64,000 nucleotides of DNA from Thermoanaerobaculia bacterium (GCA_038230535.1 JBBRNB010000019.1:2165-66164); one strand, 5' to 3'; shown: positions 11,012 to 20,484, counted from the first letter of the stretch. Made by a program: numbers and translations. Notes: a model not told the origin generated them from the letters alone.

Positions 11012-13006
11012 TCACACGAAGATCCGAATCTCCTTCAGCTCCTTCAGCTTGTCCCGGATCTCCGCAGCTTTCTCGAAGTCGAGGTTCCTGGCGGCGTCCT
11101 TCATCTCCTTCGTCAGGCGGGAGATGGCTTTGTCCAGGTCCTCCCCGTCCGTGAGATCGAGACGCGCCTTTGACGAAGGGCCGCCGGGGACTTCGAAGTA
11201 GTCGAGGTTGGCCATCTTCACGAGGTCGCTGTCGATGGCTTTGATGATCGAGGCCGGCTCGATGCCGTGCTCCTCGTTGTATGTCTGCTGGATGGTGCGG
11301 CGCCTGTTAGTCTCGGCGACCGCGAAACGGATCGAGTCGGTCATCTTGTCGGCGTACAGGATGGCGATGCCGTTCAGGTTGCGGGCGCAGCGGCCGATGG
11401 TCTGGATCAGCGACGTCTGTGAGCGAAGGAAGCCTTCCTTGTCGGCATCGAGGATGGCCACGCACGAGCACTCCGGAATGTCGAGACCTTCGCGGAGGAG
11501 ATTGATGCCGACCAGCACGTCGTAGGTGCCGATGCGGAAGTCGCGGATGATGGCGATGCGCTCGAGCGTCTCCACATCCGAGTGCAGGTAGTTGACCTTG
11601 ATTCCGAGCTCCATCAGGTAACGCGTCAGGTCCTCGGACATCCGCTTCGTCAGCGTCGTAACCATGACCCGCTCGTTCTTCGCCACGCGCTCCTTGATCA
11701 CGCCGATCAGATCGTCGACCTGTCCCTTGACCGGCCTGATGTCGATCTGAGGATCGAGCAGCCCAGTCGGACGGATGACCTGTTCGGCGAAGAGACCCCC
11801 GGTCTTCTCCATCTCGAACGGCCCGGGTGTGGCGGAGACATAGACGATCTGCGTCAGCTTTCCTTCGAACTCCAGAAACGACAACGGCCGGTTGTCGATG
11901 GCGCTCGGCAGCCGGAACCCGTACTCCACCAGCGTCTCTTTTCGCGCACGGTCCCCTCCCCACATCGCACGCACCTGCGGGATAGTCTGGTGCGACTCGT
12001 CGACAACGAGGAGAAAGTCTTTCGGGAAGTAGTCGATCAGAGTCGGCGGCGGTTCACCTTTCAGCCGGCCGGATAGATGCCGCGAATAGTTCTCGATGCC
12101 ATTGCAGTAACCGAGCTCCGCGATCATCTCCAGATCGAACATCGTCCGCTGCGACAGGCGCTGTGCCTCGAGGAGGCGGTCGTTGGCGCGAAGCTCGGCC
12201 ACGCGCTCGTCGAGCTCGACCCGGATGTTCGTCATCGCCACCATCAGACGCTCGCGCGGAGTGACGTAGTGTGTGCGTGGGTAAACAGCCAGGCGGTCGT
12301 ATTCGTGGCCCGAAGTACGGCCCGTGATCGGATCGATCCGCGTCATCTTGTCGATCTCGTCGCCGAAGAACTCGATGCGCACCGCATCGTCTTCATAGGC
12401 CGGCCAGAGCTCGAGGACATCTCCGCGCACGCGGAACGTGCCGCGGGCCAGATCGTACGGCGTCCGCTCGTACTGCATCTCCGTCAGGCGGCGCAGGTAT
12501 TCGATCATGGGCTGATCAACGCCGCGCTCGAAGAAGACCAGCATGGAGTGGTAGAGGTCGGGATCGCCGATTCCGTAGATGCACGACACCGACGAGACGA
12601 TGATGACGTCGCGGCGCTCGAAGAGAGACTTCGTCGCCGCCAGCCGCAGCTTGTCGATCTCGTCGTTCTTCGTCATCTCCTTTTCGATGTAGAGGTCGTT
12701 CTGCGGGATGTAGGCCTCGGGCTGGTAGTAGTCGTAATAGGAGACGAAGTACTCCACCTTGTTCTCGGGAAAGAAGTTCTTGAACTCCTGATAGAGCTGT
12801 GCCGCCAGCGTCTTGTTGTGGCTGAGCACGAGCGTGGGCCGGTTGACTTCCTCGATCAGCCTGGCGACCGTAAAGGTCTTACCCGAACCGGTCACGCCGA
12901 GGAGCACCTGATCGCGCGTGCCGGCCTTCACGCTCTCGGTGAGCTGCCGGATGGCCTCGGGCTGATCGCCCTGCGGAGTGAATGGGGAGACGAGTTTGAA
13001 GTTCAT
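11012..13006 (-). CDS. uvrB: Excinuclease ABC subunit B (UvrB)
   Basis: 664 aa, [19 protein letters not shown]..., Walker A GVTGSGKT, helicase motifs, C-terminal UvrC-interaction helix. Confidence 0.95.
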   Translation of the reverse strand: MNFKLVSPFTPQGDQPEAIRQLTESVKAGTRDQVLLGVTGSGKTFTVARLIEEVNRPTLVLSHNKTLAAQLYQEFKNFFPENKVEYFVSYYDYYQPEAYIPQNDLYIEKEMTKNDEIDKLRLAATKSLFERRDVIIVSSVSCIYGIGDPDLYHSMLVFFERGVDQPMIEYLRRLTEMQYERTPYDLARGTFRVRGDVLELWPAYEDDAVRIEFFGDEIDKMTRIDPITGRTSGHEYDRLAVYPRTHYVTPRERLMVAMTNIRVELDERVAELRANDRLLEAQRLSQRTMFDLEMIAELGYCNGIENYSRHLSGRLKGEPPPTLIDYFPKDFLLVVDESHQTIPQVRAMWGGDRARKETLVEYGFRLPSAIDNRPLSFLEFEGKLTQIVYVSATPGPFEMEKTGGLFAEQVIRPTGLLDPQIDIRPVKGQVDDLIGVIKERVAKNERVMVTTLTKRMSEDLTRYLMELGIKVNYLHSDVETLERIAIIRDFRIGTYDVLVGINLLREGLDIPECSCVAILDADKEGFLRSQTSLIQTIGRCARNLNGIAILYADKMTDSIRFAVAETNRRRTIQQTYNEEHGIEPASIIKAIDSDLVKMANLDYFEVPGGPSSKARLDLTDGEDLDKAISRLTKEMKDAARNLDFEKAAEIRDKLKELKEIRIFV

Positions 13007-13015
13007 GGTGATCCG

Positions 13016-13080
13016 GTGTAGGGCCGCCGCCCCCGGCGGTCCGCGCAGCCGTCAGGCCGCCGGGGGCGGCGGCCCTACAC
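13016..13080. repeat. REP-like palindromic doublet GTGTAGGGCCGCCGCC(CCCGG)CGG...CCGCCGGGGGCGGCGGCCCTACAC
   Basis: Two self-complementary modules that are also reverse complements of each other. Same family as 20003, 31422, 47504 and 53426. Lies between the uvrB start and the stop of the upstream gene. Confidence 0.8.
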
Positions 13081-13089
13081 GCAACCCAC

Positions 13090-13620
13090 TCATTTCACGC
13101 TTCGATTCACTTCCCTCAGGGCAGCGATCAGCTTATCGGCTTCGGCGTGATCGATCTTCTCATCCGCGTCGACATCGGTAGCCAGCTTGAGGAATGACTG
13201 TGTCTTGTCGAGCTTCAGCTTTCCAGCGATCGCGGCGGCACGCATGGTCTTCATCCCGGCAGCGAAGTCCGCTTTCTGAACAGGCGTCACGGCAACGGTA
13301 AAGTGCGTTGTGATGTCGTCCTGCATCTTGCCGAAGATCCAGTCGAGCATCGAGCCGGAGCGCGGGAGAAACGCCCCGGCCGCGAACAGGGCGATGACAA
13401 AAACAAGTGCTGCCCATCCGCAGCCGATGGGCACCCATCGGGGGAAGAGCGGCCGCAGATCGGAGCCTGGCGCCGCGTAGTAGTCGGCCGGACGGCGAAA
13501 CGGAAGCGGAGCTCCTGCCGGTTCAGGCCGCGGTGCCACGGGATACGGTTCATACGGTGTGATGTCGTCCAAATGTGCCCTCGGATTGTCGTTACGGCAG
13601 TGGGAAAATGTATCATGCAC
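13090..13620 (-). CDS. Hypothetical membrane protein (Pro-rich N-terminus, one TM helix)
   Basis: High GC3 ORF with a TM segment (GWAALVFVIALFAAGAFL). No recognisable domain. The start is uncertain. Confidence 0.4.
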   Translation of the reverse strand: MHDTFSHCRNDNPRAHLDDITPYEPYPVAPRPEPAGAPLPFRRPADYYAAPGSDLRPLFPRWVPIGCGWAALVFVIALFAAGAFLPRSGSMLDWIFGKMQDDITTHFTVAVTPVQKADFAAGMKTMRAAAIAGKLKLDKTQSFLKLATDVDADEKIDHAEADKLIAALREVNRSVK

Positions 13621-13663
13621 CGAAGTCGCCCCCGCCGAATCTACTGTTGGAAGGAACTACTGC

Positions 13664-14044
13664 ATGCCCGCGTCGCTGTCGAAAGTGGCGGTGTTGATCC
13701 TCGATGACAACCCGCTGGTGCTGAAACTTGGACGCGCGCTCCTCGAGCGCGAAGGATGTACGGTCCTGACAGCGACGAGCTGGATCGAGTTCAACCATGT
13801 CCTGGCCAGCAATTCTCCTGACATCATCTTTCTCGACGTCAATCTGCCGAGCATCAAGGGCAACCGCCTCAGCGAAGTCCTGAAGTCGCAGTCGAGCAAA
13901 AAGGACATCCCCATCGTGCTGATCTCCGATCTCCCGGAGAAGTCGCTGGAAGAGATGTTCCCCAGCTCCGGCGCCAACGCCTGGATGCGCAAGCCGCTCA
14001 CGCGCGACAAGATGATCGACATGATCAACCGCTACGTCGGATGA
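13664..14044 (+). CDS. Single-domain response regulator (CheY-like receiver)
   Basis: VLILDDNPLVLKLGRALLEREGCTVLTATSW...DIIFLDVNLPSIKG...IPIVLIS has a conserved phospho-acceptor Asp context. ATG at 13664 sits inside the listed ORF 13559..14044. Confidence 0.7.
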   Translation: MPASLSKVAVLILDDNPLVLKLGRALLEREGCTVLTATSWIEFNHVLASNSPDIIFLDVNLPSIKGNRLSEVLKSQSSKKDIPIVLISDLPEKSLEEMFPSSGANAWMRKPLTRDKMIDMINRYVG

Positions 14045-14691
14045 CAGACGAGACCCGGATTCTGCGCACCGTCGGTATTCCGATCATCATCGCGGTGGTG
14101 CTCCTCTTCATGATCCCCAAGATGTGCGCTCGCGCCGTCACCGTGACGAAGGCGCGCCAGGAGAGCCAGGAGCGGCCTTCCTCCGGATTGCACATCGAGT
14201 CCTCCCAGAAGCCGGCCCAGCCGGTGAGTTATCCCGCGGGACTGGATCCGGACCGGATCCGCTATCTGATCGAGATCGACAACGGATTCGCCACTCCGCA
14301 CACCGCGCACCTTCTCAAGGCACCGCACCTGGGGGCCACCCCGATCGAGCTGCGCCTGCTTCCCGCGCTGCGCAAGCTCGGCTATATGGACATCGCAAGC
14401 GACGGCACTCCGACCCTGACGCGCGACGGCCTGCTGCATCTCGACGGTCTCGTCGATGACGGCGCCTCCTGGACGTTCCCCCTGGCAAAACGGCAATTCG
14501 ATTCCGTGACTTCGGTCGACAACGACGGCAGCACAGCCCACGCCGCGTTCACCTGGAAATGGCAGCCGAACGCCGTCGGCGAAGAGCTGTTGAATTCCCC
14601 CAGGAGCCACAACGCCCGAGCCGAATTGAGAAACGTCGGCGATCACTGGTCCCTTGGCTCGATTGCCGGTCTGGATAACGAGCTCAACTAA
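14041..14691 (+). CDS. Hypothetical protein (N-terminal TM helix), translationally coupled to the response regulator
   Basis: ATGA start/stop overlap with the upstream gene and high GC3. The competing antisense ORF 14032..14646 has poor codon bias. Confidence 0.5.
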   Translation: MTDETRILRTVGIPIIIAVVLLFMIPKMCARAVTVTKARQESQERPSSGLHIESSQKPAQPVSYPAGLDPDRIRYLIEIDNGFATPHTAHLLKAPHLGATPIELRLLPALRKLGYMDIASDGTPTLTRDGLLHLDGLVDDGASWTFPLAKRQFDSVTSVDNDGSTAHAAFTWKWQPNAVGEELLNSPRSHNARAELRNVGDHWSLGSIAGLDNELN

Positions 14692-14853
14692 CGGTTGCGG
14701 GCCGTCTGGTTGATCAGCTCAGCACGGTCGAGAAGGGCTTGAAATTCACATGCGACTCCCCGGCACCGGTCAACCTCGGCGACTCGGCAACATAGCAACC
14801 CGGAAACCGAGCCACCAAACTACAATGCGCGCCACTTTCCCTGCGAGGTACAC

Positions 14854-15834
14854 ATGAATCCAGTCCAACCCATCACAGTCGCGCAATACGGCATCGGCCC
14901 GATCGGTGCGGAGATCGCCCGCCTTCTGCTCACCAAACCATGGCTTCGCGTCGTCGCTGCGGTAGACGTCGATCCCAGCAAGATCGGCAAGGACCTCGGC
15001 GAGGTCATCGGTCTCGACCGCGAGGTTGGCGTCAGAGTCACTGCCGAGCTAACCGGTAATCCTGACGTCGTCTGCCACTCCACCGGTTCCCGGCTGCGCG
15101 ATGTCTCCGGCCAGCTCAAGGATCTGCTGACGCGCGGCTGTCACGTAGTCTCCACGTGCGAAGAGCTCTCCTTCCCTCTCGATCAGCAGATCCGCGAAGA
15201 GCTGCAGCAGATGGCGCGCGCAAAGAACGTGACGCTCCTCGGCACCGGCGTCAATCCGGGTTTCGTCATGGACAAGCTGCCGCTGACCATCACCTCAGTC
15301 TGCCAGCGCATCGACTCCGTGGAGATCATCCGTATCCAGAACGCCTCCACCCGGCGCGAGCCTCTGCAGCGCAAAGTTGGCGCCGGCATGACGCCGGACG
15401 AGTTCCGCGCCGCCGTCGCTGCCGGCAAGATCAAACACATGGGCCTCCGCGAGTCTCTGATGATGGTCGGCAAGGGCCTCGGCGCGGAGTTCGAGGAGGT
15501 CAGCGGCGAGGACATCCAACCAATCATCGCCGAGCGTGAAGTGGTCACGCAGTACCTCACCTGCGCTCCCGGCCAGGTCGCCGGTGTCCATCAGACCATC
15601 CGGGGCCGCGGCAAGATCAACGTCAGCCTGGAGCTGCGTATGTACGTCGGCGCCGAGGATGTGGCCGCCGATCGCGTGCTCGTGCATGGAGTGCCGGACG
15701 TCGAGATGGTCATCAAAGGCGGCGTCCACGGCGACCGCGCCACCGCGGCAATGGTGGTGAACGCGATCCCGCGCGTCGTCAGCGCCAAGCCGGGCGTGCT
15801 GACGATGGACGACATTCCGATCTCGTTCCGGTGA
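14854..15834 (+). CDS. NAD(P)-dependent amine dehydrogenase / DapB-like oxidoreductase family protein
   Basis: N-terminal Rossmann (AQYGIGPIGAEIARLL) and a C-terminal DapB-like domain. It resembles the 2,4-diaminopentanoate dehydrogenase / dihydrodipicolinate-reductase-like family. Confidence 0.5.
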   Translation: MNPVQPITVAQYGIGPIGAEIARLLLTKPWLRVVAAVDVDPSKIGKDLGEVIGLDREVGVRVTAELTGNPDVVCHSTGSRLRDVSGQLKDLLTRGCHVVSTCEELSFPLDQQIREELQQMARAKNVTLLGTGVNPGFVMDKLPLTITSVCQRIDSVEIIRIQNASTRREPLQRKVGAGMTPDEFRAAVAAGKIKHMGLRESLMMVGKGLGAEFEEVSGEDIQPIIAEREVVTQYLTCAPGQVAGVHQTIRGRGKINVSLELRMYVGAEDVAADRVLVHGVPDVEMVIKGGVHGDRATAAMVVNAIPRVVSAKPGVLTMDDIPISFR

Positions 15835-15835
15835 T

Positions 15836-15992
15836 GGAGTAGTGGAGTAGTGGATCAGTGATCGGTGGATCAGGCACAATTGCGCCCCACGCCTGAACCA
15901 AAGCCGCGTTCCGCATACCTGTCATCCAGGATGACAGGAAGGGCTTGGCCCTTGTTCCTGATCCACTGATCCACCTGTCACTGATCCACTGA
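15836..15992. repeat. GATC-rich inverted-array intergenic element (TGGAGTAGTGGAGTAGTGGATCAGTGATCGGTGGATCAGG ... CCTGATCCACTGATCCACCTGTCACTGATCCACTGACC). The loop contains the palindrome CCTGTCATCCaGGATGACAGG.
   Basis: Direct reading at a convergent gene junction. Confidence 0.8.
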
Positions 15993-16268
15993 CCCACGGA
16001 CACGCCGAATGTATGCGCAGACAGCCAGAGCGCTCAACCCCGTTACCAGCCAAAGTGCAATCCACCCCACCGGCGCCGATCGCATCCAGTTCCACAAAGC
16101 CAGCGTGATCGCCCAGAGACCGTAGACGAAGAGAAACATCCGGCGGTGACCGCGGTCGTCTTCGACACCGGCGGCGATGCTTCCGCCGAGGATCATCGTG
16201 GGGATGAGGCCGAAGACGATGTTCAGGATGTGAATCACGAAAGGGTCACGTCCGATACCGCACGTCAA
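15978..16268 (-). CDS. Small hydrophobic membrane protein, last gene of the rSAM/GT operon
   Basis: ~96 aa, 3 predicted TM helices. It overlaps the stop of the upstream rSAM gene. The start is uncertain. Confidence 0.35.
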   Translation of the reverse strand: MTCGIGRDPFVIHILNIVFGLIPTMILGGSIAAGVEDDRGHRRMFLFVYGLWAITLALWNWMRSAPVGWIALWLVTGLSALAVCAYIRRVRGSVDQ

Positions 16269-17175
16269 TCACTTTGCGCACCACGTCCTTTGCCACCCCC
16301 GGGAGGTTCTGGACGCGCGTCAGTACGTCGTTGAAAGTGTGCGACTCACCGCCGTGCTTGAAGCACTCCGCGCAGCGGGGGAGGTTCGTGAAGTCGCGCC
16401 GTTCGAAAGCGGCCTGCATCGTGGCGAGGCGCGGGGAGTCGAGGATCTCGTGCAGCGACTGCGTTTTCAGATCGCCGAGGACCTGATCGGCGTGCGCGTC
16501 GTAGCAGCAGTGCGTCACGCGGCCGTCGGCGAAGATCACCACCCAGGTGAAGAAGGCTCCCTGCACACAGCCGTAGAACTTTCCGTGCAGGTCGGTATCC
16601 TCGTTGACGTCGAGCGCTTCGCAGGTCTTCTCGATGACGCGGGCGTTGCGGTATTGGCGAAGGTTGAACAGCGTGCGGAAATCGTCGACGGTCTCCTCGA
16701 GCGTGAGCCGTGAGCGCATCTTCTGGATCTCGATCCGGATGGGATGGCCTTTGGCCTGTTCGAGAAAGGCGCGCGTCAGTACGACCAGCTTGTCGAAGTC
16801 GCCGCCGGTTCGAAGCTGCGGGTAGACCTCCGGGTTCACCGAATCGACGCAGATGCGGATCCGTTTCAGCGGCGATGCCAGCAGCTTCGCGCCGATCTCC
16901 TCCGTCAAGACCAATCCGTTCGTGGAGAGGCTTGCCTCGGGAAAGAGACGGATGGCGTCGTCGATGCGGGCATAGAGCAGCGGCTCCCCCATCTCGTGCA
17001 GCCACTTCAGCTTCAGCCCCGCGCCGTGGATCTCGCGCTCCGCCTTCTCCACCATCGGCCAGACCATGTCCTCGTACGGACGGCGCAGCACCGGCAGCGG
17101 GCACATGCCGCAGCGAAGGTTGCACTTCGACGTCAGTTCGAGGCCGACTTTGATGCGGCGGGGGTTGAGTTTCAT
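16246..17175 (-). CDS. Radical SAM protein with SPASM/twitch-type C-terminal Cys cluster
   Basis: CNLRCGMC (CxxxCxxC) radical-SAM motif. C-terminal region contains CCYDAH...CAEC cysteines. The start at MKLNPRR (17175) overlaps the upstream GT1 stop. Confidence 0.7.
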   Translation of the reverse strand: MKLNPRRIKVGLELTSKCNLRCGMCPLPVLRRPYEDMVWPMVEKAEREIHGAGLKLKWLHEMGEPLLYARIDDAIRLFPEASLSTNGLVLTEEIGAKLLASPLKRIRICVDSVNPEVYPQLRTGGDFDKLVVLTRAFLEQAKGHPIRIEIQKMRSRLTLEETVDDFRTLFNLRQYRNARVIEKTCEALDVNEDTDLHGKFYGCVQGAFFTWVVIFADGRVTHCCYDAHADQVLGDLKTQSLHEILDSPRLATMQAAFERRDFTNLPRCAECFKHGGESHTFNDVLTRVQNLPGVAKDVVRKVIDVRYRT

Positions 17176-18263
17176 CTCCCGTCCACTAAGGCCGCGAACA
17201 CCGCAGCGTATTCCGTCCACGAGTACTTGCGCGCCGAGCCGGCGGCGGCGTGCTCCATCGATGCGCAGTCGCGTGTCGTGAAAAACTCATCGACCGCGCG
17301 CGCGAGCGCCGCTGGATCTTCGGGCGGGACGAGGATGCCGTTGCTGCCGTCGATGATCTCCGGAAGGCCGCCGACAGTCGTGGCGATGACGGGCCGCGCG
17401 AAGTGGAACGCGGTGAGTGCGACACCGCTCTGCGCCTCGATGCGGTACGGCGCGAGGACGACATCCGCGGCGGCAAAGTAGGTGGCGATCTCCGCGTCGG
17501 GGATGAAGCGAAACTCGAAGCGGACGTTGGTGAGCCCTGCCGCGAGCGCGCGATATTCATGCTCCCGTTCCCACCACGCCTCCCCTGCCACGACGAGCAT
17601 CACATCGCTCGTCAACTCGCGCCAGGCACGAAGCGCGATGTCGAGTCCTTTGAACGGACGGACGTGACCAAAGAAGAGCGCGACATTGGCTGCTCTGTCG
17701 ATGTTCAACGTGATGCGCGCATCGTTGCGCGATGGGATCGCACCACCAAGCTCGTGTACCGGGAGGAAGGTGCGAACGACTCTCCGTCCTCGCGAGCGTT
17801 TCCACGCTTCATCCCCTTCCGTGCGCGCATGCGTCACGAGAACATCGCCACGGCGTAGCACGCGATCCGTCAGCCACCGTTTCCACGCCGCCGGCTCTTT
17901 GTCACCGATGTTGTGGCATTGCAGGATGACGCGTGTACGCCGCCGCAGCAGCGCAATGATCGTCAGGTAAGCGGGAGCGAAGATCCACACCCACCAGACC
18001 AGGATCACAGCATCGTAGCGGCGCAACCGCCATCCGGCGCGCAGCCACGTCAAGGGGTTCACGACGTCGATGATGAAAGCAGCGCCGGCGCGCGGGAGCG
18101 TCGGATCGATATCGTCGCCGCCGGGGTAGAAACGCTTCGGAAACTGCCGCGAGAAGGAGATGACGTCGGCGTGAAGCTCCTCCGCCAGCCTGGTCGTGCA
18201 ATACGCGATGCCGGCGCGAAAGGGGAAAACAGGGCCGACGATGGCGAGCTTCACGCGCGGCAT
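17172..18263 (-). CDS. Glycosyltransferase family 1 (GT4-like, GT-B fold)
   Basis: The C-terminal domain has the EAQSGVALTAFHFARPVIATTVGGLPEII motif typical of GT1/GT4. Confidence 0.75.
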   Translation of the reverse strand: MPRVKLAIVGPVFPFRAGIAYCTTRLAEELHADVISFSRQFPKRFYPGGDDIDPTLPRAGAAFIIDVVNPLTWLRAGWRLRRYDAVILVWWVWIFAPAYLTIIALLRRRTRVILQCHNIGDKEPAAWKRWLTDRVLRRGDVLVTHARTEGDEAWKRSRGRRVVRTFLPVHELGGAIPSRNDARITLNIDRAANVALFFGHVRPFKGLDIALRAWRELTSDVMLVVAGEAWWEREHEYRALAAGLTNVRFEFRFIPDAEIATYFAAADVVLAPYRIEAQSGVALTAFHFARPVIATTVGGLPEIIDGSNGILVPPEDPAALARAVDEFFTTRDCASMEHAAAGSARKYSWTEYAAVFAALVDGR

Positions 18264-18381
18264 GGTAACGCCGCAGGAGACCCAATCCGCAGATGGCGCA
18301 GATTACGCAGAATGTGAATAGAAACGTCTCCTATTCTGTGTTCATCTGCGTAATCTGCGGATCAAGCTTTTGACTGTCGGA
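18264..18381 (-). other. Intercistronic 118-nt region with a long imperfect hairpin (CAGATTACGCAGAaTGTGAATAG...CTATTCTGTGTTCATCTGCGTAATCTG) between rSAM-2 and GT1
   Basis: Direct reading: ~20-bp stem with a nested 6-bp stem. It sits inside a same-strand operon. Confidence 0.55.
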
Positions 18382-19464
18382 TCACGCCGCCGACAGGAAG
18401 TTCACTACCGTCGAGGCGAAATACGCCCCCCACGTGCGAACGTCGAACACCAGCGATGACGACATGAAGCACGAGTGCGTGCAATGGCACTCCTTCGCTT
18501 TGATCGAGGCCCGTTGCGCGTCAGCGGCGGGCGAGAACCAGAGCTTGCCGAAGTCGTAGCCGGTGTCGCGCACGTTGCCGACGGCGTCGCGAAGCTCGCA
18601 CATCTTCACTTCTCCCCGCGCGTCGAGCACGCCCGAGATCCGGCCGGCGTGGCACGGCTTGACCTGCGTCTCCTGCTCCAGGATCTCCAACTCCAGGCGG
18701 CGCGTATAGATCTTCACGAACTTCAGGAAGCTGTCGTAGTGCGAGTAGGTGTTCCAGTACGTCTCGAGCTTCGGGAGCAGCTCGCGGTACTTGTCCGTCG
18801 AGACCGGCTGGATGTTCTTGTCCGGTTGATCACCGCGCAGCATCTCGAAGGAGTGAAACGAGATCGTCGGAAAGTCCTGCCGGACCGCGGCAAACAACTC
18901 GTCGAGATCATCGGCGTTGTAGCTGCAGAGGCACGTATGTACGTTGATGGTCAGGTTCCCGTACTTCTCGCGCAACGGCACCAGCGCGGCGTAGGTCTTC
19001 TTCGCCCGCTCGTAGTTCCCCGGCACGCCGCGGATCCAGTCGTGCTTCTCGCCCACGTGATCGATCGACAGATTGACGACGATCTGCGTGTCCGGACAGC
19101 GCTGCAACGCCGCCTCGGTGGATCGCGCCGTCAGCTCGCTGGCGATGGCACCTGTCGGGATGGTGATCTGCTTGACGTGGTTCTGCGACGACAACATCGC
19201 GCAGACGTCCGGCAGGTCGCGGCGCAGGAACGGCTCGCCGCCGCTCATGACCACGAACAAGAGGTCGCCGAGGGAGGAGAACGTCTTCTCCAACTCCTCG
19301 AATGACAGCTCGTGCTCTTTGTTCTTTCGGAGCTGCTCCCAGTTGAAGCAGGTGCGGCAGAACGAGTTGCAGTCGTACGTCAGCCCGAGAATCATGTAGA
19401 CGGGCTTCATCCCCCGTTTGTCGACGAGGTAACGAAGGTACTGCAGCTTGTCTGTGAACTTCAT
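18382..19464 (-). CDS. Radical SAM protein with SPASM domain
   Basis: CNSFCRTC (CxxxCxxC) motif and a C-terminal Cys-rich region (CHAGRISG...CELRD...CHCTHSC). Confidence 0.7.
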   Translation of the reverse strand: MKFTDKLQYLRYLVDKRGMKPVYMILGLTYDCNSFCRTCFNWEQLRKNKEHELSFEELEKTFSSLGDLLFVVMSGGEPFLRRDLPDVCAMLSSQNHVKQITIPTGAIASELTARSTEAALQRCPDTQIVVNLSIDHVGEKHDWIRGVPGNYERAKKTYAALVPLREKYGNLTINVHTCLCSYNADDLDELFAAVRQDFPTISFHSFEMLRGDQPDKNIQPVSTDKYRELLPKLETYWNTYSHYDSFLKFVKIYTRRLELEILEQETQVKPCHAGRISGVLDARGEVKMCELRDAVGNVRDTGYDFGKLWFSPAADAQRASIKAKECHCTHSCFMSSSLVFDVRTWGAYFASTVVNFLSAA

Positions 19465-19506
19465 CGCCTGAGATCGCTCAACCCGGCACCGGCGCGTGGT
19501 AATCCA

Positions 19507-19932
19507 TCACACCAGCCGCGCCTTGAGCGTGATCTCCGTCGACCGCAGTGCCTTCGAGATCGGGCAACCCTCTTTCGCTGCGACGGCCTGGGCATGGAAG
19601 CCGTCTTCGTCGATCCCCGGCACCTCGGCCTCACAATCGAGATCGATACGGGTGATCTCGAACGCTTCGCCAACTTTCTCCAACCGAACCGACGCCGTCG
19701 TGTGTACGCGCACCGGCGGATGTCCCGCGCGCGTCAGCCCCGCCGCCAGAGCCATCGAGAAGCAACCGGCGTGCGCAGCACCGATCAACTCTTCCGGATT
19801 CGTGCCGCCTGCTTCTTCGAAACGCGAGGCAAACGAGTACTTGCCTTCAAACGCTCCGCTGCCAAGTTTGACCTGACCGCTCCCCTCGCGTAACGATCCC
19901 TTCCACTCCGCTTCTGCAGTTCTGACTGCCAT
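19507..19932 (-). CDS. osmC: OsmC/Ohr family peroxiredoxin-like protein
   Basis: ~141 aa with the conserved paired Cys (AGCFSMAL...EGCPISKA) of the OsmC family. Confidence 0.75.
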   Translation of the reverse strand: MAVRTAEAEWKGSLREGSGQVKLGSGAFEGKYSFASRFEEAGGTNPEELIGAAHAGCFSMALAAGLTRAGHPPVRVHTTASVRLEKVGEAFEITRIDLDCEAEVPGIDEDGFHAQAVAAKEGCPISKALRSTEITLKARLV

Positions 19933-20002
19933 CGTGACTCTCCTTCGTTGGTGCTTCCGTGATCAAGCCATGCTAACGCAGCTTCGCCACCGCCCGGTTG
20001 TT

Positions 20003-20097
20003 GTGTAGGGCCGCCGCCTCGGCGGCCTGATTCTCACCCGCGAGAACCTGGCCGCCGAGGGCGGCGGCCCTACACACAGGGCGGCCCTACACACAGG
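20003..20097. repeat. REP-like palindromic doublet (GTGTAGGGCCGCCGCCTCGGCGGCC...GGCCGCCGAGGGCGGCGGCCCTACACA) with an extra partial arm
   Basis: Direct reading; same family as 13016. Confidence 0.8.
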
Positions 20098-20102
20098 GAG
20101 CG

Positions 20103-20474
20103 CTATTTGCCGGCCCACTTGCTGCTATCGAAGAAGATTGACCTCTTCTGGCCGTTGGCGGTCTCGAGATCGATCCGGTCTGCGGCCTTGTCGTTGCAGC
20201 GAATCGGTGACCGCGACACCATCTTCGCGCCGGGGTAGTTTTCCTCGATCCAGGCTTTCTCTTTGGCGATCCCCTCCCGCTCGTCGCTGGTGTTGATCGC
20301 GACAGGCGCATCGCAGGAGAGGCCGTTTGACAGAATGGGAACGGAGCCCGACCTCACCGGCCGGGTTTCGGCCGGCGCCGGCGCGGGGGCAGGCGAAGGC
20401 GACGGTGCTGGCGGCGCGGGCTGCGTCGAGACACACGCGGTAGCGAGAAAGAGCATGATGGCTGGTAAGCGCAT
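20103..20474 (-). CDS. Hypothetical lipoprotein (Pro/Ala-rich linker)
   Basis: Signal peptide with lipobox MRLPAIMLFLATAC, followed by an APAPAP linker. No known domain. Confidence 0.5.
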   Translation of the reverse strand: MRLPAIMLFLATACVSTQPAPPAPSPSPAPAPAPAETRPVRSGSVPILSNGLSCDAPVAINTSDEREGIAKEKAWIEENYPGAKMVSRSPIRCNDKAADRIDLETANGQKRSIFFDSSKWAGK

Positions 20475-20484
20475 GACATAAATC

